Origin: Eledone cirrhosa
Taxonomy: Eukaryota
NCBI GenBank assembly: GCA_964016885.1
Contig: OZ024746.1
Location: 11,408,001-11,472,000, forward strand
Length of the DNA stretch: 64,000 nt
Reading direction: 5' to 3'
Shown: in pieces, positions 53,601 to 64,000 of the stretch
Layout: the number at the start of each line of letters is the position of its first letter
Position numbering within the stretch: the first letter of the stretch is position 1
Made by a program: the position numbers and the translations under genes
The notes under the pieces: model-generated
Databases searched by the model: none
What the model was told of the DNA's origin: nothing
Seen by the model: only the letters and a program-made list of their open reading frames with translations

Positions 53601-53938
53601 ACACATGTCTTAGTGGTTAGAGCATTGGCCTTGCAATCGAAAGGTTGTGAGTTCAATTCCCAGACCGGGTGATGTGTTGTTTCCTTGAGCAAGACACTTT
53701 ATTTCACATTGCTCCAGTTTACTCAGCTGTAGAAATGAGATGATAGGGACTAGGGTCCCTATCATTCCACTGCAAAGTGGTCGTGGAGGTGCCACGGCAA
53801 AAAAGCACCCAGCACTCACTGTAAATGAGGTTGGTGTTAGAAGGGCATCCAGCTGTAGAAATCAAGCCAGAATCAGTTCCCGTCCCACCCTTGCAAGCAA
53901 GGAAAAAGTGGACATAAAATGATGATGATGATGATGAT
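53601..53938 (+). mobile_element. tRNA-derived SINE (family 2) with an RTE-A tail
   Basis: Near identical to 14718-15055. Confidence 0.85.
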
Positions 53939-53954
53939 ATACATCTATATATAT

Positions 53955-54327
53955 TTAAAAGTTAAACAAGGTTCAATGAAACATCAAAGAATGAGTTTTA
54001 CAATAGATTGAAAGCACTCAACTGAAAAGGTTTTCCAGAGTTATTAATATTAATTCAAAATATTAACAAAATAGATATTCTTGTGATCAATTATATTTTA
54101 TTATACATATTTCAGAGGTACTGAGTTAAGTTCAACAGTACGTCCTCATCAGATAAAATAAAATGATGCTGGTTACATATGTACACTATGTCAGGGTATG
54201 TCATGTATCATTTTATTTTATCTGATGAGGACGTACTGTTAAACTTAACTCAGTACCTCTGAAATATGTATAATAAAATATAATTGATCACAAGAATATC
54301 TATTTTGTTAATATTTTGAATTAATAT
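53955..54327. mobile_element. Palindromic hammerhead-bearing element with a one-sided tail and a probable TSD
   Basis: Arms at 54047-54167 and 54207-54327; extension 53955-54046; direct repeat atatacatctatatatat at 53937 and 54324. Confidence 0.75.
54214..54280 (+). ncRNA. Type I hammerhead ribozyme motif (mirror copy on the - strand at ~54094-54160)
   Basis: tattttat-CTGATGA-ggacgtactg..cagtacctct-GAAA-tatgta-TA-ataaaata: 8-bp stem I, gtactg/cagtac stem II. Confidence 0.7.
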
Positions 54328-55873
54328 ACATCTATATATATATATATATAAATGGGTGGGTAACACGTCTGATATTACTATAGGAGTGACTCAATGCCTG
54401 AGAGTCATTTTTGTAGTAATCTCAACTAATAAAAGATTATACATATTCTGTTTTATGTATGAAGTTCTCTTTCTCCCATTTTTAAAACTAAACGTACCTA
54501 TGTAATATATTATATTTCCGGAATTAATTATTCTTGCACAACACACTTTACATTAGGTAATTTGTTTAGTGTGGCTATATCAACAAATGTAAACACATTT
54601 TTATATCTCTCCATGGGCAGAAAAATATTGGGATTATTCTGATTAGTTTCATCCCTACTGTTGTGCATAAATAATTAATTAGTTAACCACATTGCCAATA
54701 TGCACATAATTAGCTATTTGTCATTAATCTCTCCATGGGTAGAAAATGAAGGTAGTTGGTTTCAGAAATTTCCCAGTAGAAATGAAAGTAGTCATGACAG
54801 TCACAATATTTTTTTTCTGCATATGTAGATGTATAAAAGTGTTTTTTGAAATTTCACCACCACCATCCCTCACCTCACCAAAGAAAGAAATTGTTGATAT
54901 ACCTACATTAAGAATTATATGTATGTATATATATACATATACATACATTGTATTATCAGTCAACACTATCAGACTGCCTGTATTATTGGATCTGATCTGA
55001 TGTTTGTATTATTAGTCAACACTATCAGACTGACTACTATCTGATCTGGCATTAGATTTGATCCGTGATTAGATCTGATTTGGAATCGAATCTAATGTCT
55101 GTATTATCTGCTTTGATCCAGGATCAGATCTGATGTCTGTATTATTAGTCAACACTATCAGACATCCTTATTATCTTATCTGATCCAGGATCGGATTAAC
55201 AGAGCTCTGTCTAACTCAGCTTGGCTTGGCTCTCTCTAAACTACCAATATTGTCCAAGGGAAAGGCAAAAGCTAATACAACTTGGCACCATTGTTGTTGC
55301 AACCCATTATATTTTCCAGCTGAGTGGATTATGATCATTGTAAAAGTAAAGTGTCTTGCTGAAGGATACAACACACTGGTTGTTCCAGAAATCGAGCTCA
55401 CAACCTCAGTTACAAGCCTACTACGCTTACAACTGAGATTTAAGGGAATTGTCATCACCATTTCTCAGGAATGTGAACACTAGTTAATGCTCCCTACACA
55501 CACACACACCTAACCTCCTCATAATGGAGTCATCCAGTTCCACACTGTAAACATGGTTGGTGTTAGGAAGGGCATCATCAAGAAAGTCAACTGACATTGT
55601 AATATAGTGGTATTTATATGTTTATGCACTCTTAATGTAGTTTGCAGAGATTCAGTGACAAGGTTGAGCCTTTGAATTACAGGTACAATTCATTTTTGCC
55701 AGCTGAGTGAACTGGAGCAATATGATATAAAGTGTCTTGCTCAAGGGTGCATGTCACTGGGAATTGAACTCACAATGTTATGATCTTGAGCTGAACACCC
55801 TAACCACAAAGCCATTCACCTACACAATATATATATATATATGTGTCTGTGTGTGTGTATTTGTATATATATA

Positions 55874-56462
55874 CAGGGTGTCCGCCAAAATGTATACACA
55901 CTTTGATTAGAATGCTGCTGAAATGTGTACATTTTTTGGGGACACCCTGTAAATCATCATCATCATCATCTTCGTTTAACGTCCATTTTCCACGCTAGCA
56001 TGGGTTAGACGGGAGTTGTCCCACTTGAGGCAAGGTTGGTCGGGTGACCGTGTCTCGCTCATATCGGACTATCTGGCAGGTTTTCTACGGCTGGATGCCC
56101 TTCCTAACACCAACCACATTTACAGTGTGAAACTGGGAACTTTTTACCGTGTTACCTACACGGCCACATTACAGCGTGGACTGTGATTTTTCTCGTTACA
56201 CCTACACGATCTCGATTTCGATCTCATCTCATTTATTTGGACTGGATGTTGTGGTACCAACTTTATTGAGAGAGGGTGGTGTTGGTGGGAGTGGGAGGAT
56301 AGGGTAGGGGTAGTGGATTGGGGTGTATATTTGGTTAAGAGGTGCCTACTGACTGTAGGTTTCGCTTTGTACATAAGCAAGGCGGGTCTTCTGTATTACT
56401 GTGTAGCGCCAAATTTCAGCAGCATTCTAATCAAAGTGTGTATACATTTTAGGGGACACCCT
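55874..56462. mobile_element. Tc1/mariner-type MITE ends enclosing an RTE-B 3' fragment
   Basis: cagggtgtcc...ggacaccctg (55874-55949), then RTE-B UTR (55953-56411), then an inverted ~50-bp copy of the left end (56413-56462). Confidence 0.75.
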
Positions 56463-56911
56463 CTATATATATATATACAAATACACACATGTTTGGATAT
56501 GCAAACATGAGGAAAAGTGGTTAATACCAAAGTAGAGTGTGGTATTTATTCATCATATTACTGAGATTACTTTCTGTTGTGAGTAATGTGCTGTTCAAGC
56601 AACTAAATATATTACAAAGTATAGTATATATGGCAAACATTATAGGTTTGTGTGTTGTCTATGAGAAGATAATGTGAGCAGTTATTGTGAAGAAAGCTAT
56701 GAACAATGTGAACAAATTGTTATATAGTTCTAAGTATATACAGAAGAAGAATTTCTTTGGCAAATATAAATTTAGATAATAATTCATGCTTACACATACA
56801 CATGAAAGGGATTAACTCATGCTTTGATGCTTAAGAAAATAACCTCCTTGGGATTCTGTTATCATAAGTTAAAATGTACTTAGTTAGTAAAGTATGGGAT
56901 GTTGTGTAGGT

Positions 56912-57210
56912 CAGTGCTTCTCAAACTATCTGATGTGGCGGACCAGCATTTTTTTTTTTTAATGTGTCACGTACCGCTAAAATTTCGTAGTTATATTATT
57001 TTATACCGGAAACGATATATATAATGAATATAATAATAGTTGACCATTTTTTTATCTTCTATTTATTTTGTAAACAAATAATACAATATCAAAACATAAA
57101 AAAAAATTCTCAAATGATTGCTTAGCATGGCCTGGAGACTGGCCACGTATCGGTAGCTGATGGCTCGCATACCGGCACCAGTCCGCGGACCACCACTTTG
57201 AGTAGCACTG
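56912..57210. mobile_element. hAT (Charlie-like) MITE
   Basis: TIR cagtgcttctcaaa / tttgagtagcactg; perfect 8-bp TSD gtgtaggt at 56904 and 57211. Confidence 0.9.
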
Positions 57211-57379
57211 GTGTAGGTTATGAAATAGAAGTAATTTTTCAATGAAATAGTTTTGTTTGACTTTCATTTCTGAAGGATTGATTCCAGTGCTTTTATATCC
57301 CTAATAATATGCTGGATGACAGGAACCACGTCTTGTAATGGTGGAAAGACAAAAACTTACCTGATACAGTCACATATGT

Positions 57380-57790
57380 AATAATGAAAATATTGTGTAC
57401 AGTGCTCAGGTGCACTACAACTCATCAAAAGTGTATGTATAGTACATAGTGTAATGTACAAACGTCAGGAAAATGAACAGTGCATGAGTCATGGTATATA
57501 CATGTGTGCATGTGTATGGAAAGGGGACATCAGATGTAGTTTTGGTGAATTTCGGGAAGCATGAGGGTTTTAAAGGATGCAGTGTTTCGGCAGCTAACAA
57601 CTGACGCAGGTAGTTTGTTCCATGCTTCAGCGACTCTAAGCGTGAAAAAATGTTTCCGAAAGTTATGGGAGCTGTGCTGTTTTCAGACTTTGTAGGCATG
57701 TCCACGTGTGTTAGGCACATGGAGATCAAAAAGGTGCTCAGGGTTGTTGTTGGCAAGATGGTTAGCCACAACTGTCCAAAAGGTACAGTT
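57380..57790 (-). mobile_element. CR1-like LINE 3' end
   Basis: The reverse strand reads TRGHAYKV..FRKHFFTLRVAEAWNKLPASVV..SFK; a second 3'-UTR copy lies at 62665-62880. Confidence 0.75.
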
Positions 57791-59475
57791 AAGGAAGAGG
57801 AAGACAATCCTGGTCAAAATACATCAAGGACTGGACAGGTTACAACACTCCAACCCTTCTGTGTGGCACCACAATAACTGCAACAGTTGCAGGAACTTGG
57901 TTGATTGATATCTTTAATGCTATAACTGTGCCTGGCTCATACGTTCCATTTTGGCATCGTTTCTGCAGCTTGATGCCCTTTCTAATGCCAACAACTTCAC
58001 TGTTTCTATAAAACAGTACAGTATAATTTGTAAGAGATATGGCTGCTGTTTCTAGCAGTTTGAGTGACTACATCTAGGATCCATTATTTTCTGAAACCAG
58101 TACTTATGTTAATTAGCCAGGTGAAGATAGATAAGACATTGTATGGCTACATAAGGTGTTTTAATAATTAAGTATTTTAAGATAGATCACTATTTTGATT
58201 CCAAATCCAGCCAGAGTCAAATTTACAGTTTGATAGGTATTATACCTTTTCAGAGGAATTTGGTAAATGAAAACTGCGCAGAAATTTGCTATATATGACT
58301 GTATTTGTGTCTGTTTTTACATTTATACCAGTATTATATACTAGGTTGGTGATAGGAAAAGCATTCAGCCACAGAAAACTTGCCAAAGAGTTGGGAGGAC
58401 ACTTCAGTTGTGTCGACATAATAGTCTCTCTAGTGGTAGTGTTTTACACACGATAATTGCACCCTGTACATGCTGTAAATGGGTTGGTGATAAGAAAGGC
58501 ATCCAGCCATAGAAAGCTTGCCAAACAAAGGGTTGGGGGACCTTTCAGTTGTGTCAAGGACATGACAACCTTCCTAGTGAAGTTGATAGAATGTAAGACC
58601 ATATGTAAGTGAGATGCAGACTCCCTAGCCTGTCTGGGAGGTCAGTAGCCCTTCTTGAATACTGATTTGGTCTATGCAAACCTGTCCAACCCTTGCTAGC
58701 AGGGAAAGTGGATGTTAAATGATGATGATGATATTGAGTCTGTTTATAGTCTATGAAATGAAGATTAATGTAATTAGTACTGGGGTTGATATGATTGACT
58801 AAAAACTTTTAAAATGGTGCTTCAGCATGGCCACAATCCAATGATTGAAACTAATGAAAGAATAATCTATAAACTTTAGTCCTGTACCTATCGGCAGAAT
58901 TGTCAGAGCATCAGATAAAATTTGTTGTAGAATTTCTTTCAGCTTTTGAGTTCAAATCCTACTGAAGTCAAAATAATGTACCAGTCAAATACTGGGATTA
59001 TTTAATTGACTAACTCCTCCCCAGAAACAATGTCTGTTTACAAAATTATTATTATTATAGTTCTGGGGTTGATTTAAGTCATTGTTCCTCTTCCCTCAAA
59101 TTTCTGGTCTTGTGCCTATATAAGAAAGTGTTGTTGTTGTTATTGAGGAACATTATTTTTAGAATTCTAATTAGGTTTTCCTTTCAATTTGACATCTTAT
59201 TGATTCCACCTGCCTCACAAAGAAGATGGAAAAGATGAGATATGAACTGTTTTGTTATAATTACTGCAGATGGATTCATTTATCATTAACTATTTACAGA
59301 CAGTCAGATGGTAACATTTTATGCAAGGTTTTAGATGAAAATACAACACATGAATGATAATGCAGTCAAATTTAGTTTGAGTGTTTAATATAGAATAATA
59401 AAAAGCAAAATACTGCAACCAACTTACACATATACATATGTAACCAGCATCAGTTGACATCTGTTTTTCTATGCT

Positions 59476-59480
<5 letters not shown>

Positions 59481-59552
<72 letters not shown>
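59481..59552. repeat. (TA)n microsatellite
   Basis: Direct inspection. Confidence 0.95.
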
Positions 59553-59556
<4 letters not shown>

Positions 59557-60047
59557 TAAAATAACAGATTAAAGTTTAAGCAAAGAATCGCTGCTTTCAC
59601 CCTTAACGGGATCTTCTAAAACTAACAAAGTCAATCTGTAAACGCAGAAGTGGATTTTAAAAAAAACGTTGCAACCGGAGGAAGACAGGAAAACGATACT
59701 TTGGTTCGTGGAAACGTTCCCTGGCAAAGAACGGGAAAAAACGAATATAATACGTCATTAATAGGAGCGGTGAAAAACAATTACGCGCAAAGACAGAACC
59801 ACGTTTGTGGTATAAAAGAGGTCGTAGACTAGTATTCTCTTAGGTGGTTCATAGAGACGTTCTCTGGCAATGAACGAAAAAAACGAAGATAATACGTCAT
59901 ATGTGGAGCGTAATTGTTTTTCACCGCTCCTATTAATGACGTATTATATTCGTTTTTTCCCGTTCTTTGCCAGGGAACGTTTCCACGAACCAAAGTATCG
60001 TCTTCCTGTCTTCCTCCGGTTGTAACGTTTTTTTAAATATCCACTTC
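59552..60047 (-). mobile_element. Penelope-like pLTR remnant: 140-bp inverted repeat, then degenerate hammerhead, AATAAA and (TA)n
   Basis: Arms at 59647-59786 and 59908-60047. The minus strand 59623-59573 reads agttt-TAGAAGA-tccc gttaa gggt-GAAA-gca..tgc-TT-aaact. Confidence 0.6.
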
Positions 60048-60144
60048 CAGTGGAGACTCATGGCCTAGTGGTAAGGGTGTTTGACTTATGATCATAATGT
60101 CATGGGTTTGATTCCTGGACTCAGTTGTGTGCTGTGTTCTTGAG

Positions 60145-61966
60145 ACTACTCACAGGCAAACACCATAGACACAAACTTTTCTGGGTAGAAAATGATGATG
60201 TGGTAGGTGGTGTAGGCATTCTACTAGCTGAGAAATGGAAAGAAAAGGTAGTAGAGGTAGTTAGAGTAAGTGACAAAATTATCAAGCTTAGAATAGCTGC
60301 AGTAAATAGAATGGTGACAATTACAGAAACCTATGTACGAAAGACAGAGCTGAGTAAACTTTTACAGACAACATGGAGGGCAAATTCAATGGACATGTTG
60401 GACAGAACCATGATGGATTCACTGAAGTTCACAGCAGCTATGGTTATGGCTCAAGAAATAAATGAAGGAGTGAGGTTCCTGGAATTCTGTGATGCAAATG
60501 AACTAACCATTTGCGAGACATATTTCAGGAAACCAGCCAGCCACCTGATCACATACTAATCAGGCAAACACAAGCCAGATTGATTTCTTATTTGTAAGAG
60601 GAGATGGAGAGACAGTAATAAATACTATGAAGGCCTTCCCTGGGAAAGAATGTACTGCCCAACACAAGTTAGTTATTAGTGACATCAGAATAAACACAAG
60701 TCAGAACAAGATACACAGGAAAATATGAAGATTAAAGACCTTTCTGTTAAATATAGGTTTAGAAAGGCCCTATGGTGTGTATATGATGAGAGAGGAGATG
60801 AGTTAGATACATATGTAGAGGACAAATAGAAATTCTTATGTGAAAACCTATTGTGAACTACTGATGGGACTTGTGGCTGGAGTAAAGTGCCAGCCAGATA
60901 GAGGGTGACCTATTGGTGGGACAGCACAGTGGATAGAGCCATTAAAGCCAAGAAACAGGCATGAAAAGACTGGAAAAATAGGGATACCAAATAGCTAAGA
61001 GAGAAGTCAGACGACAAGTATACACAGTTCAAAGAGAAGCTGAAAATAGAAAGTTTACTAATGTCTTGGGATGTGAGGATCAGAAATGTGAAGTGTTCTG
61101 TATTGCAAGGCAGTGTGTCAGTGTGAATTGGGATATTGTTGGGGAAAAGTGTGTTAGAAATGACACTGGTGCAATTAGCACCACTGATGCGCAAAAGAAA
61201 GAGGCCTGGAAATGTTACTATGAAAATGAATGGGAGGAAAAAAGACTACCCCCAACTTAAACAACAGAGGGACCAGCTATTGAAAAGAACAGTCAAAGAA
61301 GCAATCAAGATGAAGAACTGTAAAGCTGCAGGACCGTCAGAGATAGTTGCTGAAATGCTAAATGCATCGAAAGAAGTAGGAGTCAAACTAGTAACCCACA
61401 TAGTCAATCAGGTAATACAGGATGGAGTCATACCTAATGACTAGTACAGCAGTACAATCATAAATTGCTACAAGGGCAAAGGTGATGCTCGAGAAAGAAG
61501 CAACTAAAGTGGAATAAAGCTAATGGATCAAGTTATGAAAAGAGTTCTAGCACAGCTAATTAGGGAAAGAGTAAAATTAGATGAGATGCAGTTTGGTTTT
61601 ATGCCTGGGAAAAGATGAGTTGTCTCACTAAGAAGAGGGCATCTCCCAGATGCCCTCTTCTTAGTGAGACAACAAGAAAAGTTCCTTTCCAAGAATAAGC
61701 TGCTATATTTAGCTTTCATTGATCTAGAAAAGGCCTTTGATAGAGTACCTCAATCTGTTATCTGGTGGTCCTTAAGAAAATTAGGTGTAAAAGAATGGCT
61801 TGTGACAGCATGGCAAGCCATGTACAGAGATGCTGTCAGTAAGGTGTGAGTATAGTGAGGAATTTAAGGTACAGGTAAGAGTCCATCAGGGTTTGGTTCT
61901 TAGCTCACTGCTGTTCATCATAGTTCTCCAGGCCATAACAGAGGCGTGTAAGACTGGTTGTCTGAT
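60145..61966 (+). pseudogene. Decayed RTE LINE (APE endonuclease plus RT), preceded by a SINE head at 60052-60143
   Basis: GGVGILLAEKW, EFCDANELTICETYFRK and FIDLEKAFDRVP motifs; many stops and frameshifts. Confidence 0.9.
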
Positions 61967-62910
61967 CTGTATAGCATAAAAGTGATCATGATCATGATAA
62001 TCATGATATATGTGTATGTGTGTGTGTGGTAAATACATATCTGTACATATACAGTACAAAATTAACCGAGACTGCATGACTGTGTATATAATATATATAC
62101 ACATTGATTATATAGATATGTAAATATGTCAGATTTATGTATTTCCCTGTAGATGGAAATATTAACATCCTTAATCGACTTCAGCTCTTATTGGAGTTTC
62201 ATCAGTGGATATTTACATTGAATAACCCAAAACAAATATGTAACTAATGGCCTTATAAAACCTAACCAAATGTAGTACTAATCATGGAATAGAGGTACTA
62301 ACTTGCTTGTATTGGTAGTTAATTTTAGTACTAAATTGTGAACTATGTATTGTATATTTCAGTGCACAATTTAATATACAGGGTGGGCCTTTAGTCCTGC
62401 ACCAAAGCCTTGAATGTCTTACCGTATTAATACAATACAATGTACATGTATAATAAATTGTTTTTAATGCTTTGGTACGCAACTTACAACCCACCATGTA
62501 TATGAAATCCCTCATTGAAAACTACAAATAGTAAGGGGTGGGGGAGTTAACAGTAAATCATTGTACGAGTATGTATTGGTATAGTATACTACTATACCAA
62601 TACATAGTTTAATGTATACACTAGTTTCACTTGTAGCTGAACAATGTGCCTCATCGTCATTTTTAAAATAATAATAATGTAATTGTGCACAGTGCTTAGG
62701 TGCACTACAATTCATCAAAAGTGCATGTATAGTACATAAAATAATGTACTACGTATAATACATAAAATTATGTACAAATGCCAGGAAAGTGAACAATGTA
62801 CGAGTCATGATATACACAGATATATGCGTGCGTGTATATAGAGACGGAATATCAGGTGTAGTGTTGGAGAATGTTCCGTGCCTACACGAGTACGATGATA
62901 CACAGAAATA

Positions 62911-63579
62911 TAGGTGAGTCATAAGTAACCGGACAGTCAATGTATTTTATTATTACAAGATTCACAGATAACTTTTTAAACATCCGCTTATTTATGTGTG
63001 GTCAGACATGTTTTTTCCTTTTTGTAATCCATGACGAAATAGCCGTATGCTGGTGGTGAGATGTGGTTCCAGTAGGACAGCACACCTCCGTACTACCGCA
63101 TTGTTTTGTGCAACTGTCTTGGTGAACACTTTCCACAGATGGACCGGACCATGTTGACCTATCGAGAATCCTCCTTCATCTTATACCCTTTCAATTTTTA
63201 GGGGGGGGGGGGGGGGGGTTACGTAAATATGCGAATAGTTTAATGTATACTACTATACTATACCATAGTTTAATGTATACCACTATACTAATATATTGTT
63301 TAATGTATATTACTGAAGAATTCAGTATACGCTGAAAAACGGAGAAGTGTTCAGCAGCTTAAAGCAAGGATAATGAGTTCTTGTGCAGGAATCAGTGTCA
63401 ACTTGTATTCTGTTCTTGATGGAGCTTCAAAATGTATTGAAGGAACGGGGTCAACTTTTTCGAACACTTAAATTAAATTTACAATTGTATTTATAATTTC
63501 GTACTGTATTATAAGAATTTTAGTAAATATCATTTGGAATATAAATGTTGGACTCTCCGGTTATTTATGATTCACTCTG
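62911..63579 (+). mobile_element. Degenerate Tc1/mariner element
   Basis: TIRs ggtgagtcataagtaaccgga / tccggttatttatgattcactctg-TA; remnant WFQ*DSTPP (compare WFQQDGAPPH). Confidence 0.65.
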
Positions 63580-64000
63580 TATATCGTGTAAATATGAAGC
63601 GAAGAGTTTAATGTATACAACTATACACTAATACGTACTCTACAATATCTCATAAACCTTTGACAGGAAGTGTTTCAGTATGATGCGTTGCACAGGTTTT
63701 GTTTTAACTTTAAAACTGTAACTTTTATCAAATTTGTTATAATCTTCTTATGTCCAATCCACAACTTTACTTTTCCGTTTTTCTTTCTTTCGTTTTTTAA
63801 AACTCCGCCAAGCAACTATTTTTTAAGAGTCGAAATGATCTACCAACGATTAAAATAAGGGAAATAACTCTGATGTAACAAAAATGGAAAGCGACAAATT
63901 ATCTTCCTTGGCAGACAATACGGTTTACTTAAAAAACATTGAAAAAATTTGAAACATTAAATGTTACGTTGCTAAACCATAATTATATATTCTTGAAATG

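Noticed and set aside
63314-63345. CTGAAGA...GAAA hammerhead candidate
   Set aside because: No stem I, stem III or UH site; it lies within a mariner remnant.

Overview
AT-rich, repeat-dense animal genomic DNA. The SINE, RTE and microsatellite landscape resembles an octopus or other coleoid cephalopod; this is an inference. One host gene is recognisable: the last two coding exons of a TEX264 orthologue (ER-phagy receptor, + strand, 34514-34735 and 40891-41841). Its N-terminal exon was not found in the window. The rest is mobile and repetitive DNA: RTE LINEs (one with an uninterrupted 486-aa RT/PHD ORF), RTE-tailed tRNA-SINEs, a CR1-like 3' end, an internally deleted DD37D (maT) transposon, hAT, piggyBac and Tc1-type MITEs, a non-autonomous Helitron, several minisatellites and a ~4.3-kb (TA)-rich array. 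The most striking unexplained structure is a set of sequence-unrelated long palindromes or inverted repeats next to (TA)n. Several carry type I hammerhead-ribozyme motifs (CUGANGA...GAAA...UH) pointing outwards on both arms, as expected for Penelope-like-element pLTR or retrozyme-type inserts. Two lie in the last TEX264 intron, including a near-perfect ~400-bp palindrome ending ~55 nt before the terminal splice acceptor.
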